A program made the translations under genes and the position numbers. A model generated the notes under the pieces. The model saw only the letters and a list, made by a program, of their open reading frames with translations. It made no database searches and had not been told where the DNA came from. A stretch of 64,000 nt of DNA from Macrostomum lignano (Eukaryota), in assembly GCA_002269645.1 (NCBI GenBank), contig NIVC01003852.1:9731-73730 (forward strand). Direction: 5' to 3'. Positions 17,576-30,164 of the stretch are shown here, one piece after another (position 1 is the first letter of the stretch; each line of letters opens with the position of its first letter).

Positions 17576-20500
17576 TCACACGCTGACGCTGCCCTCACGG
17601 AAGTCGGTCTTGCCAATCAGGCAGTTCACAAGGCAGGGCGTCCCTCCGCGCGTGGCCTGCAGGGCTTCGGCGAACACCTCGGACAGGCGGCCGGCGTCCG
17701 GTTCGTCCACCAGAATGCCGCGGCAGTCGAAGGCGGACATGGCCTGGTCGTAGCGGCTGTAGCTCAGCTCGCAGCCCACGCTGCTGCCGAACAGGGGAAT
17801 CTGCGAGGCGTGGGGAATGCACGAGCTTTAGCAACTGCGGGACTTCCTTCACTGCATAATGCAATTCAGCATATCAGCCCTGCTAACTGCCCCGCTATCA
17901 GCCCTGCTAACTGCCCCGCTATCAGCCCTGCTAACTGCCCCGCTATCAGCCCTGCTAACTGCCCCGCTATCAGCTCTGCTAACTGCCCCGCTATCAGCCC
18001 TGCTAACTGCCCAGCTATCAGCACTGCTAACTGCCCCGCTATCAGCCCTGCTAACTGCCCCGCTATCAGCACTGCTAACTGCCCCGCTATCAGCACTGCT
18101 AACTGCCCCGCTATCAGCCCTGCTAACTGCCCCGCTATCAGCCCTGCTAACTGCCCAGCTATCAGCACTGCTAACTGCCCCGCTATCAGCCCTGCTAACT
18201 GCCCCGCTATCAGCACTGCTAACTGCCCCGCTATCAGCCCTGCTAACTGCCCCGCTATCAGCCCTGCTAACTGCCCCGCTATCAGCCCTGCTAACTGCCC
18301 CGCTATCAGCCCTGCTAACTGCCCCGCTATCAGCCCTGCTAACTGCCCCGCTATCAGCCCTGCTAACTGCCCCGCTATCAGCCCTGCTAACTGCCCCGCT
18401 ATCAGCCCTGCTAACTGCCCCGCTATCAGCACTGCTAACTGCCCCGCTATCAGCCCTGCTAACTGCCCCGCTATCAGCCCTGCTAACTGCCCCGCTATCA
18501 GCACTGCTAACTGCCCCGCTATCAGCACTGCTAACTGCCCCGCTATCAGCCCTGCTAACTGCCCCGCTATCAGCCCTGCTAACTGCCCTGCTATCAGCCC
18601 TGCTAACTGCCCTGCTATCAGCACTGCTAACTGTCCCGCTATCAGCCCTGCCCCAAAGTCAGATACCGCACCTGCTCCCTGGCAATTTGAGTCCAGCAGG
18701 CATCGTTGCCAACGATGCCCAACACGGGCAGCTCGTGCCGCTTGAAGGTGTCGAACTCGACCAGCGAGTAGCCCAGCGAGCCGTCGCCCCACACCACCAC
18801 AATGTCGTGATCCGGCAGGCAGAGCTTGGCGCCCAGAGCAAAGCCGGCCCCGACCCCGAGGGTGCCAAACGCGCCGGGGTCCAGCCAGCGGAGCGGCCCA
18901 CGCGGCCGGAGCAGGTAGGCGGCCGAGCCGACAAAATCGCCGCCGTCGGCCACAAGGACGGTGCGGTCGGACATGGCGGCTTCCAGCTTGGTGAGGACGT
19001 GAAGTGGATTTAATTTGCCGCTGGCGGCCAGCGGTTCCGCCGCTTTGGCCGAGTTCGACCGGGACTTGTCCGAGTCTAGTGTGCGCAGGCTGGCCAGCCA
19101 GTCCTCGGGCGGCCGGTGGCCGGCCAGGCGCTGGGCGACGCGCTCCAGCGTGGTGCCGACGTCCGCAACGACGGCCAGGGCGGGTGTCCAGAACAGGTCG
19201 GAGTTGCGGCGCAGCTGCGCCTCGGAGCGGTTGACGGCGGCGATGCGGCTGCGGCGGCTCAGCGACCGGCCGTAGTTGAGGCGAAAGTCGCAGACGGTGC
19301 CGGCAAGCAGGACGAAGTCGGCCTCGCGCAGGGCGTCGCGACGGCAGTGGCGGAGCTGAAGGGGCAAGGAGTGATTGGATTGGAAAATTAAGTAGAGGGC
19401 GATTCTCTTCAGGGGAATTTGGGGAGGGCGATTCTCTTCAGGGGAATTTGGGGAGGGCGATTCTTTTCAGGGGAATTTGGGGTAAGCGATTCTCTTCAGG
19501 GGAATTTGGGGAGGGCGATTCTCTTTAGGGGAATTTGGGGAGGGCGATTCTCTGAAGGGGAATTTCGGGAGGGCGATTCTCTTTAGGGGAATTTCGGGAG
19601 GGCGATTCTCTTCAGGAGAATTTGGGGAGGGCGATTCTCTTTAGGGGAATTTGGGGAGGGCGATTCTCTTCAGGGGAATTTGGGGAGGGCGATTCTTTTC
19701 AGGGGAATTTGGGGAAAGCGATTCTCTTCAGGGGAATTTGGGGAGGGCGATTCTCTTTAGGGGAATTTCGGGAGGGCGATTCTCTGAAGGGGAATTTCGG
19801 GAGGGCGATTCTCTTTAGGGGAATTTCGGGAGGGCGATTCTCTTCAGGGGAATTTGGGGAGGGCGATTCTTTTCAGGGGGATTTGGGGAAAGCGATTCTC
19901 TTCAGGGGAATTAGGAGAGGGCGATTCTCTTTAGGGGAATTTCGGGAGGGCGATTCTCTCTTTAGGGGAATTCGGGGAGGGCGATCCTCTTTAGAAGAAT
20001 TCGGGGAGGGTGATTCTCTTCAGGGGAACTTTCTCGAAGGAAATTGAGAGCGGCTAGGAGGCAGTTTACCGAGATATGCAGAAAAATTATTTTCAATGGA
20101 AACTGGGGCAATCACCTGGATCTCCGAGTCCTGACCGAGCAGCCCGCGCGACATGCCGCCCAGGAAGCAGGGCAGGCCCATGGCCTCCAGGCTGGCCCGG
20201 GTGCGGTCGGCTGGCACAGGGGGCAGCACGGCCTGGCTGCCCAGCACCACCACGGGCCGCTTGGCCTGTCGGATCATGTCGGCCAGCCGGTCCACCTGGG
20301 CGTTGCTGGGCATCGGCACGACCGGCGGCAGCGGCGAGACGTCGCGTTTGCGAAACGCGTCGCCAAACAGATTGTGAATGTAGGCGTCCACGATGAACTT
20401 GACGATGCGGGCGCTGAGTCCGGGCGCCTCCTTGACGCCGATCTCGCGGGCAACCAGGCCGATGGGGTACAGGGTGTCGATGGGCAGCTCCACGAACACC

Positions 20501-22017
20501 GGGCCGGGCGTGCCGGAGTGGGCGGCCTGGATGGCGCGGCGCAGGGTCGGCACAATGTCCCGGACAGCTGTGACGGTGGCGTTGAACTTGCAGAGCGGCT
20601 TCAGAAGGGCCAGCTGGTCGATGTCCTGCAAGGGTGTTACGGGTTCAGAGGCATGCAATAGGATTGTAGGCTTAGTTAATTATTAAGACAGCACCGCCCT
20701 AAGGACCAGAGGGGAGCAGCGCCAGTGACAACGGAACTACAAGAGTAAGAGCGCCTACCAAAAGACCAGAGGAAGGGTAGCGACTGCAGCGCCACACAAA
20801 AGGACCAGAGAGAGGGGGGGAGGGTGGCGGCGCTCACCAAAGGACCAGAGGGGAGGGTGGCGGCGCTCCCCAAAGGACCAGAGGGGAGGGTGGCGGCGCT
20901 CACCAAAGGACCAGAGGGGAGGGTGGCGGCGCTCCCCAAAGGACCAGAGGGGAGGGTGGCGGCGCTCACCAAAGGACCAGAGGGGAGGGTGGCGGCGCTC
21001 ACCAAAGGACCAGAGAAGAGGGTGGCGGCGCTCCCCAAAGGACCAGAGAGAGGGGGGAGGGTGGCGGCGCTCACCAAAGGACCAGAGGGGAGGGTGGCGG
21101 CGCTCACCAAAGGACCAGAGGGGAGGGTGGCGGCGCTCACCAAAGGACCAGAGGGGAGGGTGGCGGCGCTCCCCAAAGGACCAGAGGGGAGGGTGGCGGC
21201 GCTCACCAAAGGACCAGAGGGGAGGGTGGCGGCGCTCACCAAAGGACCAGAGAAGAGGGTGGCGGCGCTCCCCAAAGGACCAGAGGCGAGGGTGGCGGCG
21301 CTCCCCAAAGGACCAGAGAGAGGGGGGAGGGTGGCGGCGCTCACCAAAGGACCAGAGGGGAGGGTGGCGGCGCTCACCAAAGGACCAGAGGGGAGGGTGG
21401 CGGCGCTCACTAAAGGACCAGAGGGGAGGGAGGCGGCGCTCACCAAAGGACCAGAGGGGAGGGAGGCGGCGCTCACCAAAGGACCAGAGAGGGGAGGGTG
21501 GCGGCGCCCCACCAGAAACTAATATGAACAGCCGGCCCGGCCGTACCTGCAGAGCGCCCCGGCCCTGCAGAATGCCGGCAGCGGCTCCGCCAAGCAGCAG
21601 CAGCGGCGACTCGGCCATCTGCGCGTTCTTCACCGCGGTGACCGTGTTGGTGAGGCCCGGGCCGGCGGTCACGCAGGCGGCTGCTAGACCGCCGGAGATG
21701 CGGGCGACGGCGTCGGCGGCGAACACGGTGGTGACCTCGTGCCGGGTGTCCACCACGCGCAGGCCGAGCCTCTCGCAGGCGACGAGAATCGGAGACACAT
21801 GGCCGCCGCACAGGGTGAACACGAACTTGACGCCGTGGGATTTGAGCACCTCGGCCACCAGGTCTCCACCGCAGCGGGTGGAGTCCTTGTCCACACTGTA
21901 CACCAGCAGAGAGAAAAAGCCGCGCTTGCGGGCCACGTGCAGCAGAGCGGCAACGAGGGCCAGGAGGATCGCAGCGCCTGCGGCAAGCGACCAACAACAG
22001 CAGCTGCTCATTGGCAT
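17576..22017 (-). CDS. ILVBL: Acetolactate synthase-like protein / 2-hydroxyacyl-CoA lyase 2 (ThDP-dependent), about 629 aa
   Basis: Exons 22017-21547, 20625-20116, 19355-18672 and 17800-17576, all phase 0. N-terminal TM anchor, [37 protein letters not shown], ThDP motif GDGSLG...NDACW, and C-terminus [11 protein letters not shown]. Confidence 0.95.
17871..18650. repeat. 24-bp minisatellite in ILVBL intron
   Basis: Unit ATCAGCCCTGCTAACTGCCCCGCT. Confidence 0.96.
19395..20042. repeat. 29-bp minisatellite in ILVBL intron
   Basis: Unit GGGGAGGGCGATTCTCTTCAGGGGAATTT. Confidence 0.94.
20700..21515. repeat. 33-bp minisatellite in ILVBL intron
   Basis: Unit AAAGGACCAGAGGGGAGGGTGGCGGCGCTCACC. Confidence 0.95.
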
Positions 22018-23008
22018 GCAATGAATTGCAGAGACTACCATATATGAATTCATACATAAATCTTACATTAGAGATATAGCCAACCAAGTGTCGCATTAGA
22101 AGGTGGCACTAATACAAAAATAGTGCTTTAATGTTACAAGTAATGTTACATGTTACAAGATACAACAATAGGGTCAATAAATAGCAAAAAAATTGTTCTG
22201 TACTCATGTCCTCTCACCTTTCTAATCTTAACTATCTATCGACTAAGGTATAGTGAATTCTTTCAGGCTTTTAAGAAGCCTTATGAATTAGTTTGAAATT
22301 TAGGATTTTAAACATGTTTAAGCATGCAGGTACACCAATTGATTTCTTTATCTATGCAGGATGTAATCCATATAAAAAATCAATTGCTCCAAAAGGGAAT
22401 AGATATAATTCTATTCCCTAAGATATAATATATATTGGGTAATTGTTTTTTTTAAATACCCTAGAAAGTTTGTTAAAACCAAGGTCTACAACTTCATCAA
22501 CCAAAAGTTTAGCTTAAAACCAAACAAAGTACAATCAATTTTACTCTGCTATTTATTTGGGAAGCCATCCACATTAAATTTAAACAAAAACTTCAAAATG
22601 CTATCTATAAAACTAGCAAACTGACATTAACATAAACTTTTCTACTATGAAAGTTGGTCAATTTACTTAAATCCTCAAATGTACTATTTTTATGCCACAG
22701 TGTGCTAGTGTTATTTACAAATTTTTGTGTGTTGCTAAGCAGAGCCAGTTTTACATTGATAAACAGAATGACACCTATACATAAGAGTAAAGGAGCATTT
22801 CAAAAGTGTCTACTGTATATGATCACCTTCTTATATGCAACTAATATACCCAATGCAAGCATATTGACCAATTTAGTATTATTGACAACAGTACTAACTT
22901 TATAAGCATTGTATATAAAAGAGCTTAAACCTATCCTCAATAGCCAGATATTTAACAAAGGCACTAGTGTACATTTTAAGATTTTCTAACTTGTCTTTTC
23001 TTATTCTA

Positions 23009-23796
23009 TGGCCCATTCCATATAAGATAGACATATTTGGAAAATAGAAAAAAGTCAATATTTTTGTTTGTCATTGCCTTATCAGCCATTTTTTTACCAA
23101 ATCTTTTTTGTATATAATGTATACAATCTAATAATAAATAAATGATAAAATGTTGGATTAGTATGTTATCAATTGGCAAAAAGTTATTTTTGTAAAAAAT
23201 TGGACATTTTCTAAGCGAAAGACATCATTAAGTTTATGTACCTTTTAAAAACAAATAGAAAGCTTTTGAAGGTTAAAACAAACTATATATAAAATTATAG
23301 TACTTGCATCATCAGATAAAATCATTAGCAACCATATAATCTATTATATTTTTAATATATTAGTACTTCAAAGTTACTGAATTGACAGAAAAAAATATGT
23401 TACAACCATAAAATTACAACCATAAGGCTGCCTTTTCTTTTGTATCTTTGTTGCCTTTTTGAGTTTATATATTCTAATAAAAGAGTATGACTTCTAAAGA
23501 TGTTCTTAGTCAAATTTAAAAAAAATTTTTGCAAAATATCAAAAATGAAAAATGTTATAAGACTTTTACCTTTTAGTTTCTATATGTCAAAAATCCTATT
23601 GTTACAACCATAAGTGCCATTCAAGGTTTAATAGCATCTATACTAATGATGATATCTATATGAAACTTTACAAACATATTCCTGACAAAATAATCTTTCA
23701 TTCAAAATATAGGTTTAGTATATTCTATTATTAGATTTCATTTTGTAAGTAAAAATAGTCTGTTATGTTACAACCATAATTATATGGAATGGCCCC
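23009..23796. mobile_element. Non-autonomous TIR DNA transposon, about 790 bp
   Basis: Left end TGGCCCATTCCATATAA; the right end reverse-complements to GGGGCCATTCCATATAA (15/17 match). TA dinucleotide on both flanks; internal repeated TTACAACCATA motifs; no ORF. Confidence 0.65.
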
Positions 23797-24017
23797 TATG
23801 CATTTATCTATTACTACTTTTGTTAACCTTTATCCTTTTTCTCATATCCCACATATATTTTTGCACAGTTTTCATTTAATCTGTTAATACTAATTGCCTA
23901 ATAATGTCACTTATATAACAAAACATATTGTGATAATTATGATAAAGTTGTTTTTCTTACTACTAATTAATATTAGGCTGTTAGGCATAGCAACCTACCA
24001 AAGCTATACTATGATTG

Positions 24018-24189
24018 ACATGCTTGGGCGCAACCTTGGGATTCACTTGGCCGTTTCTATTGGCAACACACACATGTAAGTTGCTATTGGACGGAATAGT
24101 AGTCACGTGACTGCTCTCAGCCATTGGCGACTTACATGTGTATGTTGCCAATAGAAACGGCCAGGTGATTCCCAAAGTTGCGCATGTAT
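24018..24189. mobile_element. About 170-bp hairpin (MITE-like) element, copy 1
   Basis: Long imperfect inverted arms (GCGCAACCTTGGGATTCACTTGGCCGTTTCTATTGGCAAC... versus ...GTTGCCAATAGAAACGGCCAGGTGATTCCCAAAGTTGCGC). Flanked on both sides by ATGATTG. Confidence 0.75.
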
Positions 24190-25099
24190 GATGATTGATT
24201 TTATTCACTATATAATTCAATTGCCCAATTACAAATTGAATTGATAGAGAACCAAACAAATGAATATCCTATTTTATTTGTGTACAAGTTGACAAAATGG
24301 CCAGTTGATAAAATCATGAGTAGTATTTTAACTTTATTAGCCTTCTGCAAAATATGGTGGTTTTTTGGGCGGGAATTTTACTGCGAAAACCAGCCAAAGA
24401 AGGCCTACCTCTGTAGTGTAGAGGAAACTGCCGATAATCAGCTGGATGTAATGCATAAAATGTGCTGAATCTGCCAAATAACCCACCTAACACTTGGATA
24501 TTGCCTGGGTGGATTTCGTTTCAGAAACTGCCAAAGAACCCGCTAGCCATTAGGCTGTTTCTTGGGTGGATTTCATTTCAGAAACTGCCAAAGAACCTGC
24601 CAGCCATTAGGCTGTTTCCTGGGTGGATTTTGTTTCAATGATTGAATGATGATTGAAATCTAATTATTCTGCAGATCCTTTGTAGAGCACAATTATTGCA
24701 TTAATGGTTAATGCTATTTTAATATACATGTTAATGTTGAAATTTATTGTTAAAATATGAGTAACATAGAAGTGTACTATATCTGTAAAAAACACCTACT
24801 TCAATAATCATTGATTACAAAGACTACAACAGTCAAGGGTAGCCTGAAGCATTTTAATATGATCCAAATAAGTGCAAACAGTAAAAAAACATGAGTTCAC
24901 ATTTTCCAAGGCTAAAGCCAAAAATATAGTGCACTTTTTATTATTAAAATAGTATATTATATTTTTAGTAGACCAAACCAAAGTTGTAAAAAATGGAACA
25001 TAACATGTGATTATAGCAGATGGCATAAAAAACTCGTGCATAAATGCACTACATAGTCAACACTACATCCATAATGCAATACATCCTCTCGATTCTACT

Positions 25100-25500
25100 T
25101 ATTCTTGTATCCTCTCTCCTCACTCCACTTCTCTCTCCCATTGCCTCTCCTTTCTGCTCTTACATATTTCTCTTCTATCTCCTCTGTTGTCTACTCTCAC
25201 ATATCTCATCTATGCTCTCTCTTCTTTCCTTTCTCCTCTTTCATAGCTCTATCTCTATCTCTCTTTCATCTTTTCTCTCTGCTCGCTCATCTCCACTCTA
25301 TAATCTCTCTTGTCTCCTCTCTCATCTCTCTACTCTCCCACTTCTACTCTCCTCTATCACTTCTCTACTTTCTCCTATCTACTCTCTCCTCTCATTTCAT
25401 CTCTCCCTCCTCTCACCTCTACTCTTTCCTCCTGCTTCTCTTGCCCCTCTTTACTCTCTCCTTCCTCTCTTCCATCTCCTCTCACTTCTCTCCTCTCATA
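25100..25500. repeat. CT-rich low-complexity tract
   Basis: Degenerate polypyrimidine run. Confidence 0.85.
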
Positions 25501-26751
25501 GTGAATGTATGAAATCTTCCGATGGAATAACCAAAGGAGTTTTTTGACAAGGATCTGCTGGGAAAAGTCAACATATAGTTTAATGAATTTGTGTTTAAAG
25601 TTTACTTTGCATGCTTTTTATTCAAAAACCTTCGAATTACAAAATGAAACAACTCGGCAGTCGGTTGCTCATTTAGCTGAATTTTTTGGGGACCATCTAT
25701 GACGTAGAAATATAAATGTACTGCATTATATCAGCCAGAATAAAAAACAAGTCAAGAAACTAGGCCTAAAATTGACTATATGGTATGGAGTAACTTGCTT
25801 GCAAACTAGTGACTAAATCACGTCGAATTATCGCGGAAACTAGTCCTGTAATCAGTAAAGATTAATTTCATTACAAAAATAACAAAAATGAGCCTAAAGG
25901 TTGTCTCAATTTGGCAGCATAAATAAATGGAAGAAAAGAAGTACAACTTTTGATAAGCAGTATAGTAAGAAAATGTAGTTGAATCATACTTGCTATATAT
26001 ATTTCATATAGCTAAGCATTTAAGCATTATAGCTAAGCATTTCATATAAGCATATATTTCATGTAAACATTTCAAGCAAATGAATGGCCTCTAAAATGAA
26101 ATGAAATTTGATTCTCTTAGCAGTTTCCTGAAAGAGAGTAAATGGTGGATTCTGCAGGAATCATCCAAAGCTTTGTGAGAACCTGCCAAAGTTTTTGGTG
26201 GGTTCCTTTGTCAATTCCGATTTCCAACATGGCTGGAATCTCTGAAAGAAACCACCAAGTGTTTGGTGGTCTTTTCGGTTGGAAACTCTTTTCTTTGTGG
26301 TTTTTTGGGTGTTTTCTTACTGGGTGGGTTTTTTGGCAGTTTTTTGCACCTAGAATCGTCTCATTGGGAGGGTTTTATGTGTGGGCAGGATTTGTGTGTG
26401 GAAGCATCAGTGTTTCCGCTTGGAATCAGCCAAAGAAACAACCATATTTTGCAGCAGGGAATAGAATCAAAGACAAAAAAGCTGTAGATAATATACAGTT
26501 ATGTGCATATACAACTAGGTAAATGGTGGGAATAATTATAACTATTTAGATAGGCAAATAACTTATCATCTAATTAGCCTATTGTTAGCAAATGGTCAAA
26601 CATATAGCAAGGCATCAATGTTCTATGATATCTAGAACAGTAATAGTCCACTTTGGTAACAGCTATTTCAGGAATAGCCACTTTGGTAACAAGTGAGAAT
26701 AATATAATATGTATTAGGCCTAATTGACATGCTCCAAAAGGATGTGCAAAA

Positions 26752-26921
26752 ATACATGCGCAACCTTGGGAATTACTTAGCCATTTCTATTGGCAAACAC
26801 ACATATAAGTCGCTATTGGCTGAGAGCAGTCATGTGACTACTATTCCGTCTAATAGCAACTTACATTTGTGTTGCCAATAGAAACAGGCCAGGTGAATCC
26901 CTAGGTTGCGCCCAAGCATGT
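26752..26921. mobile_element. About 170-bp hairpin element, copy 2 (inverted relative to copy 1)
   Basis: Reverse complement of 24018-24189; absent from the paralogous site near 62600; ATGTG on both flanks. Confidence 0.75.
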
Positions 26922-27050
26922 ATGTGAACAAACTTTAAAGAAAAAATAACAGAACACATGCATGTGTTTAACTTGTTTAAAAGTAGTTTTAACCAATCGA
27001 TTTTAATTTCCAGATGAGTCAAATATATACACCCAAGACATCTTATAATT

Positions 27051-27696
27051 TAGTGTTTTGCCATAAGGAGGGTCCATGTACTGTAGCTGTAGCCATAAGC
27101 AAAACTATGGGTTATTCTAATTCTCTATATTCTGTAGCCGTAAGGACCTCAAAATTACCATATTCCCATAGTTCCCATAGCCATAGCTGTAGTTTTAACA
27201 AAAAGTCTAGAAAACAAAATATTTTAAATCAAGAGGATAACCTGGTGCTTAAACAACTGCAAATTAAGTTAGAAAATATAAGAAACACTTGATTGCCTTT
27301 GTAAGATTATATTTCATCTTTTTATAAAGCAACAATACTTAATTGTTACTAAAAGTACTAATGCTAAACTTTTTTCACATTGATAAAAATTAGAATTTGC
27401 TAGTGTTTTATTGTACTTTATTAGGTATATTCTATAAGTTTCTAATTTGATAATACAGTTTACTAAAGTATCTTTGTTTTACTTTACCTGTTTCTAATAT
27501 TTTTTCAATTTTTTTAAATTAACAACTATAGCTACAAGAATCTATGAAATGTGACAGCAACTACCATATTTCTGTAGTCATAGCCATAAGAGCAACTAGC
27601 TACCATAGGCATATTTGTAACTGCCATAGGCATCTATTTTACCATATTTGCTATAGGATCAAATAGCCATAGCTATGGCTATAGTGGAACAAACTA
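27051..27696. mobile_element. 646-bp insertion with TAGT...ACTA termini and a 5-bp TAATT duplication
   Basis: TAATT at 27046-27050 and at 27697-27701. The paralog near 62750 has a single TAATT (CCTGTAATTGACC) and lacks the insert. Subterminal TAGCCATA/TATGGCTA repeats. Confidence 0.7.
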
Positions 27697-29567
27697 TAAT
27701 TGACTAAATGTTATATATTGTGTATATTAGAATCTCTGATCTAGTTAGCAAATAGCATCTTAAAATTATATTATCAACTTTTTTCTTCATTAATTGTTTG
27801 AATTTTTTGAATTACAATATATGTATATGACTATGAGCTCTTTGTAACGCTTTGTTCAATTTTCTTTGCCTTTAAATTTTTCATAGTTAATATGCAAGTT
27901 CAAATAAAGTATAATATAGTTTAACTAGAAAGTTTAACAATATGTGCAATAAGATATTTGAAATGTTAATTATTAAACTACTTAAAGCTAAACCTAATTA
28001 TCATTAAAAAAGTGTTAAGAGTCGTAAATCTGCTTAGTTACCAAAGTGGCTATTACTGAAGTGTTTTTTTTACTAAAGTGGCTGTTACCAAAGTGGCTAT
28101 TATTGAAGTGGATTATATTTTATTTTAATATTATATATATTATATATGTTAATATATTTTAATATTTTATGCGCCGCAGCGCGCCATGATAAGGTAAGGT
28201 AAGATAAGGTAATTAATAATTCACTGGTAAACAAATTTGAATTTATGGTAGACAAATTTGAATTTCATTTATGTATTTTATATTGTGATTTACGTAATTT
28301 TAGTACTCTGATAGTATAATATTTTATTTTACGAATTATGGAATTAGGCCTGACACGATATATTTTGCAAAGTATAACGAAGTGTAGGGGGCCTAACTAT
28401 ATCAGGTAAAGTGGCTCGCTTGATGAAGAGTAGATAAATAAAGGTAAATATCAACATGAAGTATTATTTGAGTTGCCGATGCATTTCGTCCATTTGCATT
28501 AGGACATCTGAAGACCCGTTCATAGAAAAGACGACAACATCAGCGAAAGCTATTTCGGCGAAAGGAGAGCAGTAAAACTGTATGTTACCTTCCGCGAAAC
28601 GCGCAAAATCATATAGCAAATGATATCTTTACCTAATTTTTTAAGGGTAATTAATTTTAATTACTGTATGTACGTTTTTAATAGCTAGTAGAAATGAAGA
28701 ATAGTTATAATGATTTTAAAATTAAGAAGCCGGAAGTTGTTTTGTGGAACTTCGTGTCTGTGCATGGAACTTGAAGTCTTACGTCTTACATTCTTTTTAA
28801 CCATTTAGTTGTTATAGTAGCGTAGACAGCATAGTTTGCCACTTGTATATAATTTAAAGTTAAACGTTACGTTTAAACACCAAAAATCCCGCAAACGAAA
28901 TTTAAATGTTTGGGTAATTGCAGCATTCACTCGCTAACATTATACTTGCACATTCGAATATTACACTTACACAGTAGACATGCAAGTATAAAGAATAATC
29001 TGTTACAACTTAACATCACTGAAATCATTCTTGCCCATCTCAGCTTAGCCCAGCTAATCAAATAAAATGTGTAGGTGTAATTCAAAAGCTTTTATTATGC
29101 TACAAAATCGATCAATGTATGTATATTATACAGTTTGGCGGAAGGAATAGAGACAAGGACCACTATCCGGAAGTTACCGCTATCCTTGAGTCAAACAACA
29201 GCTCACAGTAGCCAGAGTCAAACCAACGCAGCTCAAGAGTCCCCACGCTGCCAGAGCGCACCCAGGGCCAGGCCATGAGGGTGCGGCAGTTGAAGGTTCC
29301 AGGCTCCATTTAACGAAGCCAAGCGCGGGATCAAACAGTGCACACAAATATCCCCGTTTGAATTCTGGAAAAAAGCAGCCTGTTTCGCACCCTGTTATAC
29401 GCACCTTGCCTTTATACTACGCACCTTGCCTTCATATGGACCCTGCCTTTATACGGACCCTGCCTTTATACGCACTCTGGTTGCTAAATGCCAAATAAAA
29501 GTCAGCAGCTAGGGCGCCCTGGCTGCAAGTGTGAAGCAGCCCCACGTGCCCGCCTCCCGCCGCCGCC

Positions 29568-30164
29568 ATGAGCTGCAGAAATTTTTTCATCTTCTGCCTG
29601 ATCCTGGCTGACCTCTGCCTCAGCGTGGTCGAGATCATCATGGGGTCCATGTACCTGTACGACTGTCCGGCCCAGCCGAAGGTGCCCGTCTACCTGGTGG
29701 TGGCCGGCTGCACTGGCATCGTCCTGACCGTGAGCAACCTGCCAGCCTGCTGACGAACCGGAGCCGGCGGGAAGAACGAAGTCACCTGCTGCGGATGCCT
29801 GCTGCTGCTGCTGGACCTGTTCGTCGTCATCTGGTTCATCTGCGGCTGCGTCTGGGTCTTCGGCACCGACCCGGTGTTCACCCTGCCGGAGTCGCCCTCG
29901 GTGCCGCCCGTTGGCAACGCAACCGCCATCCCCGCCAGCGCAGGCAGCTACTGCTACAAGCCCATGCTCATGTTCGTCAGGTTCACCCTGCTCATGCGCA
30001 TCGCCCTGCTGGTGCTCAACTTCTCCATCGCCTTCTGCACCTGCTGTGCCGGCTGCGGCGTCCTCATCACCGCCTGCTGCTGCTACCTCTGCAAGAAGCA
30101 GAAACAACGAAAAGAAGAAGAGAAGCCGAAGGCGGAGGCCGAGCTGGCCTCCTTGGAATGCTGA
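29568..30164 (+). CDS. TMEM272-like cysteine-rich four-TM protein, intronless, with in-frame TGA at 29751-29753 (recoded stop, pseudogene or sequencing error)
   Basis: GCCGCCGCCATG start. MGSMYLYDCPAQPKVPVYLVVAG resembles the TMEM272-family motif. The frame continues past the TGA into LLLLLDLFVVIWFICGCVWVFG and YCYKPMLMF, ending at 30164. Confidence 0.65.

Larger units (their letters stand above)
26620..28115. mobile_element. Dispersed inverted-repeat element, copy A, carrying two nested insertions
   Basis: Left GCCACTTTGGTAAC repeats mirror right GTTACCAAAGTGGC repeats. The internal sequence aligns by eye with 62505-63225. Confidence 0.7.

Noticed and set aside
15812-21522. Long repeat ORFs ([27 protein letters not shown] and others)
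   Set aside because: All lie inside GT-AG introns of SUFU or ILVBL, or directly upstream of the SUFU coding exon, and are translations of minisatellites.
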